A stretch of 64,000 nucleotides of DNA from Negaprion brevirostris (lineage: Eukaryota): assembly GCA_030324005.1 (NCBI GenBank), contig JARDVH010000193.1:100234864-100298863 (forward strand), given 5' to 3'. Under the pieces are notes generated by a model. It saw only the letters and a list, made by a program, of their open reading frames with translations, ran no database searches and was not told where the DNA came from. This document shows positions 48,563-61,494 of the stretch, one piece after another (position 1 is the first letter of the stretch; every line of letters begins with the position of its first letter). Both the position numbers and the translations under genes were made by a program.

Positions 48563-49671
48563 CTGGCCGAAAGGCCTTTTTTTGTGCTGGAGAGCTCGAA
48601 GATTCTGGAACTCCATTGTGAAACAACATAATGTCCATTCACTACACCACCCACCCTATCCTATTTTACAGTGGACAGGTCGTATTCTCCCATGTGGCAC
48701 AACCACGGCAAATATTAATCACAATATTACTTTATTTCTTTTCTCATTTCCTCAAGAATCCCAAATGTGTTCCAGATCATTTAGTGCTTTTGCAATTTTC
48801 ATAGCTCATGATTAACTGGCTCCAGTATAGCATCAATAATATGAATGAATTAACGATTAGTTCGCAGAGATTTATGAGTATTAGTGTGTGGAACTGGATA
48901 TTGACTGGAAGACTGGGAACAGGGAGGTGGCAGAGGGAGGTAGTGCAATGCTGAAAGGCTGTATGTTACAGCCTGCTTGGGCCACATTGACATGATGGAG
49001 CTGTAAAATTGGATGTAATGCCAACAGTGTGTAGCTCATGGAGTCTACCTGCCCATTCTGCCCTTACTGTAATTTACTAGCAGCAGGAGAGGCATCTGGA
49101 GACCTGCTCACCCAAGGGCAAATTGATTCCTTTAATTGGCCAATGAAATAATCCACCACCGCTCCCCACCCTAACCTTGCAGTTGCCTGCCAGCTTGCTT
49201 CCCTTGGGGTCCATTGCACTGATCACTGCTCCTAGTGTCTCTGCTAGTACCAGAGGACTAAGAACCATGTGATTGGCTGGCCCCTCTCAGAGGCACGGTT
49301 TTCTCCCCAACGGAGGCAGATGTTTCACCTTAAGCCAATTAAAAGTTATAAAATGGCTGTAGGACAGGCATGGACAAGCGAAGGGAAGGCTCACCCTTAG
49401 ATAGGGGATGCACCTTTGAGATGTTTCCTCACATTACAAATGCTGTATTAACACAAGTTCTGTTAAATAGAGATACCGTAAACTTGAAAGCTGAGCTGTT
49501 TCTTCAGTGGATAAACATGGGTGAGGTTACACAAGAATACATAGCCTGTCGTGAAAAATCTTGCCCTGAACCACATGCCTCCTAATTTGCAAGGACCTGG
49601 ACCTCTTAAAAGCTGATCTCAAGCCCCAACCCTGAGAGCAAAGGAAGGGCAGGGGACCATTTTTGTGGACA

Positions 49672-49846
49672 TGATGTGGAGATGGCGGCGTTGGACTATG
49701 GTAAAACAGAAAGAAATCTTACAATACCAGCTTAAAGTCCAACAGGTTTATCTGTGGCAAACGCCCCAACTTTTCGCCAAAAGCTTGGGGCATTTGCTAC
49801 AAATAAACCTGTTGGACTTTAAGCTGGAGTTGTGAGGTTTCTTAAC
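49672..49846. mobile_element. Penelope-like pLTR fold-back
   Basis: Same family as 20493-20852, arranged as a hairpin at 49711-49843. Confidence 0.82.
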
Positions 49847-51229
49847 ATTTTTGTGGAGCCAGAGATAGAGGATCAGAGGGAGTACACCATGGACTCGGAG
49901 GAAGGATCCCAGCACTTGATGAAATACAAGGCAATTACCCCTCTTGTGGCCAGTGGAGCAATGCAGTTAATAAAATTGGAGGCCTGGAAAGAATGGGCTA
50001 TCTGCATGAATCTTAAGAATTTGGGCCCTCTTGTAGGAAAAAAATCCTGTTTGTAAGTGTGCATGAGCTAATAAAATTACTTGTCACTTAAAAAAAACTA
50101 CAACTGAATAAATCAAATTGATATGAAGGTGAAATGTGCAATAGTACACATGTTCTACACACATTCAATATTTTAAGGCACAATGCATTAATGATTGGCG
50201 ATTGCAATGCGCAAAATATGCATTTTATGTAAAATGTGAACAGATTGCTGCCTTGGAGGCTCTGTTTAAACCAAGGTGGCCTTCATTTGCTGCATGGATG
50301 GTTTAACATTGCCACATTTATGCTTTGCTGTTTAACAGACCGACTGAACTAATGAAANNNNNNNNNNNNNNNNNNNNNNNNNNNNNNNNNNNNNNNNNNN
50401 NNNNACTGGTTTCGAACAAATCGATGGCTTCTCCACGACGTTGCTGAAAGAGGATCAATATTTGCCCTATCTGTACGGAACCTGGAGACTGCAATGGCTG
50501 TGACATGTCCAATTTGTGATGGAAAGCTGCAGGCAAAACCTTAAACTTCCAAATAATGATGAAATCATCTGCTTTGCTCCTTGTGTTCTTGTCAGGTAAG
50601 TGATCTGTCCTGTCCTTGTATAGCTGCTGTTAAACTGCTTTGGATGCCAAATAGCTGTATTAATTAATCTGGCAATGACAGCAGTTGTTAGACTGCTACT
50701 GTGGTAAATGCAAAGAAGTTGGATCCATGACTTGAGTTTGTTCACAGTTCATTTCATCTCCTGCGTTATGGTTGCTGTGTGTAAAATACCTTGACTTTTC
50801 AGAGGGCAGATCATCTAGTTTTGCGAATGGAGATAGCTGAAACTATTTTCCTTAAAGATGGTCACTTCAAGCTATGGCACAGTGAGGGACAGGGGAAGAT
50901 GCTGAACATACTTAAATAATAAGAATACGCTTTTGTTTGTTTTGGAAATGAGGAGATTTTCTATGTATATGTACTCAAGAATACGACTACATATGAAACT
51001 TTCAACTGCTGCTGTCCAGTCACATTTATCACCAAAAGTTAATGGATGTGCTGTTGTAATGTGACATTGACAGTAAAGATCTGAGTTTTATCTAGCGTCT
51101 ATATTGGAATCAAATGGCAGGCATCTGGTTAGAATATATATTATCCGATATGTTTCAAGGGAAGAGACAAGTACAATAGTGCTGTGTGCTGTCTCTAAAA
51201 TTATTAAATTCTTACATAAAACAAACATT

Positions 51230-52010
51230 CATGGAACTAGGTGTACCCCAAGGGCATTCGGTGGAAGCAAGAGCATAACAAACTGGTAGGCTGACAACAC
51301 AGTGCTACCTGCAGGATCAGAAGAGGGCCTATAAAATGTTGTAGACTAAGTAAAATCTAAAACATGGATTGAGTAGCAGTGCTGAAACAATGTACTAAAA
51401 TGGAATACATTAGAAGAAACTAAATGAAGGTTGATGTGAATGGTATCACATTGGAACGAGTAGATATTTTGACAAGTGATAACAGAAAATGGTAGATGTG
51501 ATGCAGAAGTCAGAAGGATACAAATAACCAGAAATAATTTCATGAAGCTGAAGGATGTGTTAACACAAGAAAGCTTGTTACAAGGGAAAAAAAAACTTGT
51601 GTACCTATATCCTGTCCACTTGCCCAGATGATTCAGAAACCTGGACAATAAATACAGATTTGTAGAGGACTTCGAAATACCGATGTTAAGACTCCATATC
51701 CAGACCCTAAGACAACCCAAGGATTGTTTGAAATTGCAAAAGCAAAAAGAACTAAAAACTGACATGCAGAAAAGAAAATGTCAATATTTTGGCTTCATCA
51801 GAGTTGAAAAGCTCCTGAGATCTCTTCCAGAGGGCAAAGTGAAGGGCAACAGAAATAGGAGTCGACCTAGGCAGTTTTGGATGATGGACATCACAGAGCA
51901 GTTTTCAGACAAGCCACAGTGGATATGTAAGGATGATGCAAGACAGATGACCATAATATATCAGGTCAGTGGATCTCCTGGTAGGAGTAGCTGCAAACAG
52001 CAGCAACAAA
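51230..52010 (+). mobile_element. RTE (BovB-like) LINE 3' portion
   Basis: *ADNTVLPAGSEEGL, IQITRNNFMKLKDVL and KRKCQYFGFI...EGKVKGNRNRSRPRQFWMMDI are typical RTE RT C-terminal motifs; (CAR)n tail. Confidence 0.85.
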
Positions 52011-53096
52011 CTGATAGCAAGTTGAGCACATTGAGATCAAAGTAAGCATTGGAATAAACTTTACACATCAGTTTTTGCTTAGGTTCAATGGCCTGATCAT
52101 CATAAAAATGATGACAAATTCAAATTGAAACAATCCAGCCTGTCATGCAAATTGCAGCAGATTCAGATGTTGACTACCTATTTAACAACTCATCTGGCTA
52201 TCATTTTTTTACACGAGAGACATTTCTGACAATGCTGCTACTCTGTAACAACAAAAATACAATTGCATTTAACTATTGCTAATGCAATTGTTTGACAGTA
52301 AGAATCAAGTAGCGTGTTTAATGTCCTTTTTCCTTTTATAGCTACACTTTACTATGCTTCACTGGTCAAAGTGCCATCTGAATGTTGAATGCAAGCTGTA
52401 ATAAAGTTGTAGCGAAATAGTAAGGATGGCAATGCTATTGCCATATCTCCATATATATGTACATTTAAATTTTAAAATGCAAGTCGACCCCAAAGACATC
52501 CCAAGTCAGGTTTTACTGAATGCTGATCTGAATTTAGTATTGAATCAATTTGGTTCTAGCTAACTGAGGAACAATTTTATTTGGATTTGAGGAACTTACT
52601 CCTTAAATGAATGCCCCTATTATGTAAAACTTCAGATTCACTTCAATCGTAAAAATGAAAGTTAGTAAATAAAACATATATTAATTTGTTTTCATTATTA
52701 TTGCTAATGGAATCTGCTAGCTATTTCAAATGCAATTATATTTTTTATAGTTACTCAAATTATTTGAATTTATCACACACTCAAAGGTAATCACCTGCAC
52801 TGAGTGATGATTATCATTGATAACACAGTCACAGCTTGTCATTACCCCCTCAACCACTAATGATGAATATATTATGTGTCAATAGATTAATTTTGTCAGC
52901 GAGTTATGACAACCTGACACCATTAAAATAGTATCTGCAGTGCACAACATGTGATTACTGATACTGAATTACTTAACAAATGCAAACATCTGGGAGTCCA
53001 CACAATTCACCACTTATGCATGGGACATTCATCATTTGTACAGTATAGTTATTCACTTTGTGCTGTCAACTAAATGACACATATTTCTCACTCTAT

Positions 53097-53457
53097 GGGA
53101 AGGTGATGGCCCGGTAGTGTTATCATCAGATTATTAATCCAGAAACTCGGCTAATGTTCTGGGGACCTAGGTTTGCATTACACCACAATGGATGGTAGAA
53201 TTTGAATTCAATAAAAAAAAATCTGGAACCAAGAATCTACTGATGACCAATGAACCATTGTCGATTGTTGGAAAAACCCATTTGCTTCACTAATGTCCTA
53301 TAGGGAAGTGAATCTGTCATCCTTACCTGGTCTTGCCTACAGGTGAGTCCAGAGCCACAGCAATGTGGTTAACTCTCAACTGTGCTTGGGCAACTAAGGA
53401 TGGACAATAAATGCTGGCCAGCCAGTGACAGCCATGTTCCACAAATGCATAAAAAAG
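53097..53457 (+). mobile_element. tRNA-headed SINE family B, full length
   Basis: Collinear with 45640-46005. Confidence 0.85.
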
Positions 53458-54607
53458 CATCCATATTTCTTGCTCTGCTTGCGAGGGGTTTATGCATTTC
53501 AAGTGTTTTATAGCACACATGCATGGAAGACAGCATCAAAAAACAATTCACACGATAGTTTAGCCGGTTGCTAGATTGGATGAGACATCTAGATATAAGA
53601 TGATCCAAACTGGATCATTTAAAGTTTTGGTTGGAATACATACCTGTGGGTGTAGAAGTGTCCAATAATGTCACTGGTATCTGGGGGACTTGATGGCGCA
53701 GACTGGCACACACACATTTAAAATTGTCATTCACTCATTGGTACGAACTTCACAAATATTACTGTTATAAAACTGAAAATGAAAGCTCCTTTAAAGCATC
53801 ATGCTGAACATGAAGGCTGCAAGATTTTTGACATTCTGTTTTCTAGAAGGATTTATTTCACCTCACCAAATTCCTCAAATGGAAATGAACCGTCTGTCAG
53901 CAAATTTTAAAAAATTGATTTGACAAGTGGTAAAAAAACAAAAGCGTTCTTCCTTTTATCTAAATTGACTACCCAGAGATTTCCCAGGGGCAAAGTAAAT
54001 GGTTTAATAAGAAATATTATTATGCCAAAAAATGAAACATTTTAGTGTCTCGAAGCCTTCTTTGTGATGCTCCAAGGTTTATATAATTTGTAGAAACAGC
54101 TTAAATAAACATCTGTGATTCCTGCTTATCCATACGAAATATGATTGTAGCAGACTTAATAAGCCTATTATAAATTGCTGATGCATACACGTGTCTGAGG
54201 ATATCAAATTAAAGTCAAGACAGTTGGCATTTCTGCAAAGTTGGAAACATATATCTGTGATTAGTTTTACAATTAAATTCTAGCAGAAAAGTATGTAAAG
54301 GTTATAATAAAAGATAATTAATAGGATGCTCAGCTCTCAAAACCCAAGCTCAGCATAGTCAAAATTGATTTTTTTAAAGAACAAAATTCACTTAAAGAAT
54401 CAAAGTTCAGCAAAGTATATTTAGGGATGCGTTATATTTAAAATCTAGTTTCTGAAATGTATTTAAAGATGAATTGCTTTTCACAATTGACAACTTCCTT
54501 TCTTTCATCCATGTTTCTTCTCATGAATTAGGAGAGCAGGCAAGAAAGTTAACAAGTTTAATATTCATACAACAGGCAGTGAAGCAGAAGTCCTCTGTTG
54601 TGACATT

Positions 54608-56491
54608 TGTTATGATCACCATAGACACCAACTTTGAAAAAATGTGAGTTCTCAAAAAGAATCATCTGAAGTCAACTCGTGAATAAGGTTTCGCTTGATA
54701 CGGGAAACAATAAACTAAGATCACCTTAAATCACACACAAATGGAGAAGCAACTGGTACACCAAACTAAAGAAAAAAGTAAGCTTTGGTTTCACTCACTA
54801 ACACAACCAAAATATGTCTTACAAAGCATTTTTAGCGATATGTGCTCTGGCCAATATATTGATTTGCAGGAAGAATCACAAAAGTCACTTCAAACTCATC
54901 ATCAAAGATTCATTTCTCTTTGCTCTGCCTGGTCAAAACTTGCAGTGTCCTTTGACAATCGCTCCATCCCACCTGACTTATGAATATGATTATCACCAAT
55001 GTGATGAGGTCCAACTTACCTTTTCATTGAATGGATGTAGCTGCATAAAAAGGAAGAAATAGTGCATAAACTCAGATAATGCGTGTAGGGGTGAAAACAA
55101 TCCCAGACAGGAGTCAAGGAAGAGGTGCCAGTGGGAAAGGGGACAGCGAGATATCCCAAAGGGAGAAAGAACATTGAGAGGTTCGGGTTAAGTTAAGAAG
55201 AATGAGGAGTTTCTGAGCAGAAAATGGCTGTAATTGGACAATCTTAAACAATGAAGTCTTAGGAGAAACTCTAGTAATTGGGTTTGGGAGAAACCCTGAA
55301 GATCTAAGAAGGCAGAAGAAGGTAGTTGACTCCATGTGGTGGATAACTGCAGCAAAGATATCTGTTTGAAGTAGTAATATTCTTCTGAAGAGCTGAAGCT
55401 GTGCTTGTACATTGGTGCACACTCAAAAAATCCAGGGCAATGGAATCTCAGGAAATTAGATTGAAACCTTTTGATGCCATCCAAGTTGGAGTGATTTTTT
55501 GGAGACAATTCCAAGGCAAGATCTTTGAAGGTGAAGACTGAAATCCCTCAGAAAAGAGATAGATATCAGAACTCTACTACTCCACTAGTTACTGGAATCG
55601 GAGCAGATGAGGGGGCGGACAATGGGAAGGTCTGTTGACCTTGGATGGGATTTTCTGGTCTCAGGTCAACTGAGGCCATAAAATCCAGCCCAGATTCCCC
55701 ATGAGACAGGTTGACTTCAATGTAAACTGATGTCTGGGTGGGTTGTTGAGAAATCAATAGAATCTGTCTTGGTTGCATCTACTATGTATTGTGTAGTGTA
55801 ATGTGTTTGATCACAGTTTGTCTGTTAATTCACAGGTACCTCATGTTAACACTGAATTTCACAGTGTAAGCTCACTACGGTGATTTTGTTTACTAAAGTT
55901 TATTTTTTCTTGTTCAAAACCTGGGGTATCCTGTGGCTTAAGGCCATAAGACCATAACACATAGGAGCAGAATTAGGCCCTTGGCCCATTGAGTCTGGTC
56001 CACCATTCAATCATGGCTGATGTTTTTCTCATCCCCATTGTCCTGCCTTTTCCCCATAACCCCTGATCCCCTTATTGATCAAGAACCCATCCATCTCTGT
56101 CATAAATACAGTCACTGTTTTGGCCTCCAGAGACTTCTGTGGCAAAGAGTTCAACAGATTCACCACTCCCTGGCTGAAGAAATTCCTCCTCATCTCTATT
56201 TTAAAGGATGATCCCTTTAGCCTGAAGTTGTGCCCTCTGGTCCTAGTTTTTCCCACTAATGGAAACATCCTCTCCGTATCCATTTTATCCAGGCCTCACA
56301 GTATCCTGTAAGTTTCAATAAGATCCCCCCTCATCCTTCTAAACTCCAACGAGTGCAGACCCAGAGTTCTCAACTGTCCCTCTTCATTCTATCAGTAAGT
56401 ATATTCAAACTTGGTCTACTTTAAATGATAAATTACTGGTCTCTTCTGGATTATATTAAGAATTTGGGGAGTCTAGTCTGGGATTATAGCA
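54608..56491 (+). mobile_element. Possible solo LTR with MITE half (~55590-55692) and CR1 inserted
   Basis: Starts TGTTATGATC and ends GATTATAGCA (8/10 inverted match, TG..CA ends). No TSD seen. Confidence 0.45.
55941..56383 (-). mobile_element. CR1 3' end, little diverged
   Basis: ERMFPLVGKTRTRGHNFRLKG..RRNFFSQGVVNLLNSLP; (TCTTATGG)-type tail. Confidence 0.92.
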
Positions 56492-57556
56492 CTAGCATGA
56501 CACACCTTGGCAACTCTCCATTTCTTAAATCTCCAAGAGCCCTGTTCCCTTTCTTTTGAACAGAAATGTAACTCTCAAGAACAACCTGATAACACAAAAG
56601 AAAGCTCTTCCTGATTTCTCAGAACCAGAGGTTATTTGACTCTGCGTCTCAAACTGTAGCCATCCTCCTTTTTGAGAAATACCATGAAAAGATGTTTGAA
56701 TTGCCTTCCCAGTTCAGTGGATTTTTAAACTCGAAGGACAGATGAAAAGTAAATATTCAAAAAGTTTCAATCTCGGCCACAAATGATTTACAATATACCT
56801 ATTTTCATATTTATTGGAGGTGTGTTTGACTGCATGTGAATATCCCGTGAGCTAGAGTTGGTTATTAACATATGAAAGTGAAACAATTTTCAAACATGAT
56901 TCCAACAAAAAAAAAGAATGTTTGTACCACCAGCAAGGATCTCCCAGAGCTTAAGAAAACTTCGCAAAGTTTTGAGATCATATTGAGGTCAAGTAACTCT
57001 TCATGGAGGAATTTAAAATTCAGGCTGCCTGATGACCATACTCAGTGCTCAGAATTGTTCTCTCACTTTTCTGTGGCAATTGTTTTTCAGAAACTCCTTC
57101 CAAGCATAAATTATTTTAAGTAGGTTCTCAAAGTTTTTTAACAATTAGTTCATTTTTAATAACATGTAAGTTCCAATAAAGTATTGATGGTGGCAGAACA
57201 ACATCAGTAAAGGCTGGAAGTAGGTTTTCAAATAGACCTCAGTGTCTTGGTTTGGATGTTGGATGAGGAAAACTATCCGTGACAGCAATGTTAGCTGTAG
57301 TCAGACCTGAAAGTGCAAAAGAGTACAAGAGAGAGGTGCATCACAAAGATCTGGATAACATGTAACTGCGCAGCAAAATGGAGAACAGCAGAGAGATCAC
57401 AGAGTGGAGGAGGATGGAAGATATCAAATTGAAAACAACAGAGAAGGGAATGGCTGAGATCATAGGAGGTAACATCCACTGACGGAGCCTATTGTCAGAG
57501 GCTGGGCTCCATAAACTTCCTGACAGCAGTGCACCTACAGACAGGTAAATTGATAC

Positions 57557-57825
57557 AGTGGCAGAGTGGATGGTTAGCACTGCTGTTTCATAGTGCCAGG
57601 TACCCAGGTTTGATTCCTGGCTTTCGATACTATCTGTGTGGATTCTGCACATTCTCATCATGTCTGTGTGGGTTTCCTTCGCTTGCTCTGATTAGGTGCA
57701 TTGGCCATGCTAAATTCTCCCTCAGTGTACCCGAACAGGCACCAGAGTGTGGCAACAAGGGGATTTTCACAGTAACTTCATTGTGGTGTTAATGTAAGTC
57801 CACTTGTGACACTAATAAATAAATA
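57557..57825 (+). mobile_element. HE1-type SINE, alternative tail
   Basis: Tail ggggattttcacagtaacttcattgtggtgttaatgtaagtccacttgtgacactaataaataaa. Confidence 0.88.
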
Positions 57826-58240
57826 ATGTCACTGGACTGGATAGACAGGTTCAAATTTCATCACTTCTGACCGTCTAATTGCAATTCAATGAATAAATCT
57901 GGAATTAGAAGATAGTATCAGGGATGGTGACTATGGCAACTATTTTTGCTGTAAAAATCTATTTGGTTCACGAATGTCCTTTGGGGAAAGAAATCTGCCA
58001 TCCTTATGTGGTCTGACTTACATGTAATTCAATATTTTACACACAGCAAGATTCCATATAAGACAATAAGCTAAATGACCAGTAAATATGTCTTTGAGAT
58101 TGCGGGAAGAATGCTGACCAGAATAGCAATGTGGTTGACTATTGTCACACTGAGCTACTCATTTCAAAGCCAGCTAGGAATGGGCAACAAACAATGCCCT
58201 GCCCAATGTGCCCACATACAATGAAAGAATAAACAAAATA
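57826..58240 (+). mobile_element. SINE family B, degraded, with internal insertion
   Basis: ggttcacgaatgtcctttggggaaagaaatctgccatcctta ... agcaatgtggttgact ... aggaatgggcaacaaa. Confidence 0.7.
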
Positions 58241-58339
58241 AAAGCCTCTTTAGTAAAGCAACTATCTTGGGTCTACCCTAAAAAAAATCTACATGGATCC
58301 AATTTCACAGGAATGAATACAGTAAAATATCATTGTTCT

Positions 58340-58580
58340 CATCAGTGTCTGGAGCTGTAATGAAGTACGGCAGAGGTATGGCAGATTTGGTGTCTTGTTT
58401 CAATCTGCTCTCGCTTCGTCAACTTCTTCTTCGAACCAGGGTGTTTGGGTGTTTTAAATAGCGCGAACACAAACAGAGACAGCACAAAACAACAGGTGCT
58501 CCGATAGCAACCAGAGGCAAACAGTGAACAACAGGACCCGACGCAGAATGAGGTCAACAGCACTGCACGTCAGTCCCCAC
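58340..58580 (-). promoter_or_regulatory. Candidate promoter/regulatory island
   Basis: Not recognised as a repeat. 10 CpG in ~210 bp. Minus-strand TATTTAAAA (58452-58460), RFX half-site GTTGCTA (58505-58511) and TGACGT (58567-58572). Confidence 0.3.
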
Positions 58581-58734
58581 TGTCACAGGTTCTGGAGACT
58601 TTCTACTGAGGCACAGAATGGGGCTCACATTAAAGAGACTTGTTAGCAGTCATTTCTACCCTAGTTTTCACTGGCAACAAGGACTTGCATTTATATAGCA
58701 CCTTTTTAATTGTTTCCAGGAGCATTCTCAATTC

Positions 58735-59030
58735 AACAGTGCAGACATCGAGTCTTCACTGACAAAAATCCCATCCATGTGCTACCCCCATAACCCCACA
58801 TATTTACCCTGCTAATCCCCCTGACACTGAGGGGAAATTTAACATGGCCAATCAATCTAACCCACACATCTTTGGAGTATGGGAGGAAACCAGAGTATCT
58901 GGAGGAAACGCACACAGGCACGGGGAAAATGTGCAGACTCCACACAAGACAGTCACCCAAGGCTGGAATCGAACCAGGCTTCCTGGTGTTGTAAGGCAGC
59001 AGTGCTAACCACTGTACCATCGTGCTGCCC
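58735..59030 (-). mobile_element. HE1-type SINE
   Basis: Head gggcagcacgatggtacagtggttagcactgctgcc and V-domain on the minus strand. Confidence 0.9.
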
Positions 59031-59422
59031 ATTAGCTTTATCCATCCAGGAGTGCTTAATGCTCACCTTCTTGTGGACTATGTCTTTGCAAAGCAGGTTT
59101 GGAAAGAGATGCAGTGGTATTTCTTGAGGTTAATCCCACGTAGCCCTGTTACGCTTGAGGTAACTCAGTGCTCTACCAGCTGTTCCCAGGGACACACACC
59201 AAGATAAACATCAACTGCGGCTGGAAGACCATCAGCTTGGTGAAAGATGCTCTTCTGTCTGCCTGAAGGCCTTACAGTGCAAGGATCTATTGCAGACCGA
59301 GTATTATAGACTGTAGAGAAAATGATTAATATCAGCAGCACTGATATTGATGTAACTGCTGGCATAACTATGATGCAATGTGAGGTGACTAAGTAATACT
59401 TCTAGAAAGAAGCAGAAGTATA

Positions 59423-60070
59423 GGGCAGGATTCTCCGGGCCTGCTGCACTGCAGGGCTGGGAGACACCAGCCTGTTGCAAAGATCAGAACCGGTGTTACA
59501 GGTTGGAAATCTCCTAGATTTTTTTTTAGTGCAATCAGCCCCGCGCCAGGAGTCAGCATGGAGCTGTTTATCTTATTAAAATGGGCCCGTGATGNNNNNN
59601 NNNNCCTGGCCAAGCGTGGTTCCCTCCAGCAGCATTTACAAACGCTCTCCACTTACAAGGAGCAGCACCCTGACCCCGCTGGAGGAAACAGAGGCCATTG
59701 AGGCTCCCCTGGGAGGTCAGGGGTAAGGGGTCTGCCCATTGGGCCTTGCCAGCCTGGCAAATGCCAGCCTGACATCCCTGATTGCCCAAGGGGCAAACTG
59801 GCACTGCCCACCCAGCACCTTGGCACTGCTGACTGGGCATCGGGCTGGCTGAGATTATGCTGGCTGGAGGAAGGGCGGGGGATAGGGGCTGGCCTGGGGA
59901 GGCCAGAAATCAAGGGATTAGGGGAGTTGGAATGCCAGCGATGGGGGGATTGCAGGGCTGGCCAGCAATGGGTGGGCCAGCAATTGGGAGGCCAGCAATG
60001 GGGGTGGGGCGGGGGGGGGGGCACTGCGCAAACACCGATCTCCACGCTGACAGATTGGCACATCTGCAGT
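59423..60070 (-). mobile_element. GC-rich non-autonomous Harbinger-type element (truncated by gap)
   Basis: Terminal gggcaggattctcc; homologous to 35005-35960 in reverse; internal GCCAGC(A/G)AT repeats at ~59934-60000. Confidence 0.72.
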
Positions 60071-60170
60071 NNNNNNNNNNNNNNNNNNNNNNNNNNNNNN
60101 NNNNNNNNNNNNNNNNNNNNNNNNNNNNNNNNNNNNNNNNNNNNNNNNNNNNNNNNNNNNNNNNNNNNNN

Positions 60171-60290
60171 CATGCTAAATTCTCCCTCAGTGTACCCGAA
60201 CAGGCACCAGAGTGTGGCAACAAGGGGATTTTCACAGTAACTTCATTTCAGTGTTAACATAAGCCTACTTGTGACATTAATGAAATATAC
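60171..60290 (+). mobile_element. HE1-type SINE alternative tail
   Basis: Near-identical to 57706-57815. Confidence 0.85.
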
Positions 60291-60469
60291 TTATTTTGTA
60301 TTTAAAAGGTGGTGACAGATTTCTGCCTTAACCTTCAGCTGAACTATTCACTGCTGGATCTGATGGCCAGACATTGCTTGTTGCTGTTAAAGTCAACAAT
60401 GCTCTCAATGTCTTTGCCTGTGGCTCTTTCCAATGTAACACAATAGACATCTCAAAGGACTCACAGCTG

Positions 60470-60835
60470 GTTGCACTTAAATGTATTCAACAATCTTAAG
60501 AAAATCAGTTGAGCTTCTAGTGTGACTCATTTATGCTTGCAAACATTAACACAAGTTCATTTGCAGGCATTATTTCTCTGCAGACAAAAGGGACATGTTC
60601 AAGCCTTGTCCCATTTTGTTGAATTACCTAGCAGCATTGGAAGCCTTTAGTTCCCTGTGGCTCTCTCCATGGCAACGTCTCAGCCAATGAGAGTTGACTT
60701 GCCAATCAATCAGCGCTCTTTACCCTTCCCTGCATTATGAATCATTGTAATGGTGAGGAATTTGGCATTCTTACATTTGGTCTGATGAGTGAAAGAAGAA
60801 AAGCGTCAACAATGTGTTTCCCTTTTCAGCAATAT
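60470..60835 (+). mobile_element. Second Penelope-like family: GIY-YIG C-terminus and pLTR
   Basis: NLKKIS*ASSVTHLCL ... LCRQKGHVQAL resembles a PLE endonuclease tail; followed by a hammerhead-like core at 60782. Confidence 0.65.
60777..60812 (+). ncRNA. Degenerate minimal hammerhead ribozyme motif
   Basis: uuggu-CUGAUGA-gu(gaaag)aa-GAAA-agc-GUC-aacaa; stem I has 4/5 pairs, stem II is damaged. Confidence 0.5.
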
Positions 60836-61494
60836 TGAAAATCCAAGATAGTGTGGATTGAACAGATTTGGCAAGTTGGGCCATCATAATACCATATGAA
60901 TTGTGTGGAATTCCATTCAATCAATGTTTGGTGTGGTGCGCAGCCAGAAGAAGTTCTTGCTGATGGGGTGATTTTCATCCAACTGACATAACCCCAGCTC
61001 GACTATTTAAAAGACCAATGTCAAAGTGGAATTTTGAGGATCTAGGGGATGGTTAACTTGGGTTGACGAAAAGCAAGACCAACATTCGGATTTAATGTCG
61101 CAAAGTTAGCAATGTGTTTAAATAAAGGTTGAAAGTAACTGTTATATAAATCATTAGTCCTAAAAGTCATGAGGAAAACATTAAACATATTATTCACATT
61201 GCCCCTTCAGTCATTCTCCCATATCTGTTACTTTCTCAATCTTTTCAACCCTTTTTTTTCAGCACAAACTGATTTTATTAAACAGAAAATTATATTATTG
61301 TGATGGAATAGCAGAAAGTTAGATTTTTTTTAACTAACCCCATCACAAGATTTCATGACCTGGGGCCCGGCTCTCATCATCCAGAAAATACATTCCTCTA
61401 GTGAGCATTGATTGGCAACAGGCGAGTGGGGGTTGGTTTTGTCCTCATTTAGATGGATGTGCTGCCTCGTAGACCTGCCTGGCCAATCCATTGT

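Noticed and set aside
52260-52290. 10-bp inverted repeat caattgcatt/aatgcaattg
   Set aside because: Short and AT-rich; plausible by chance in 64 kb.
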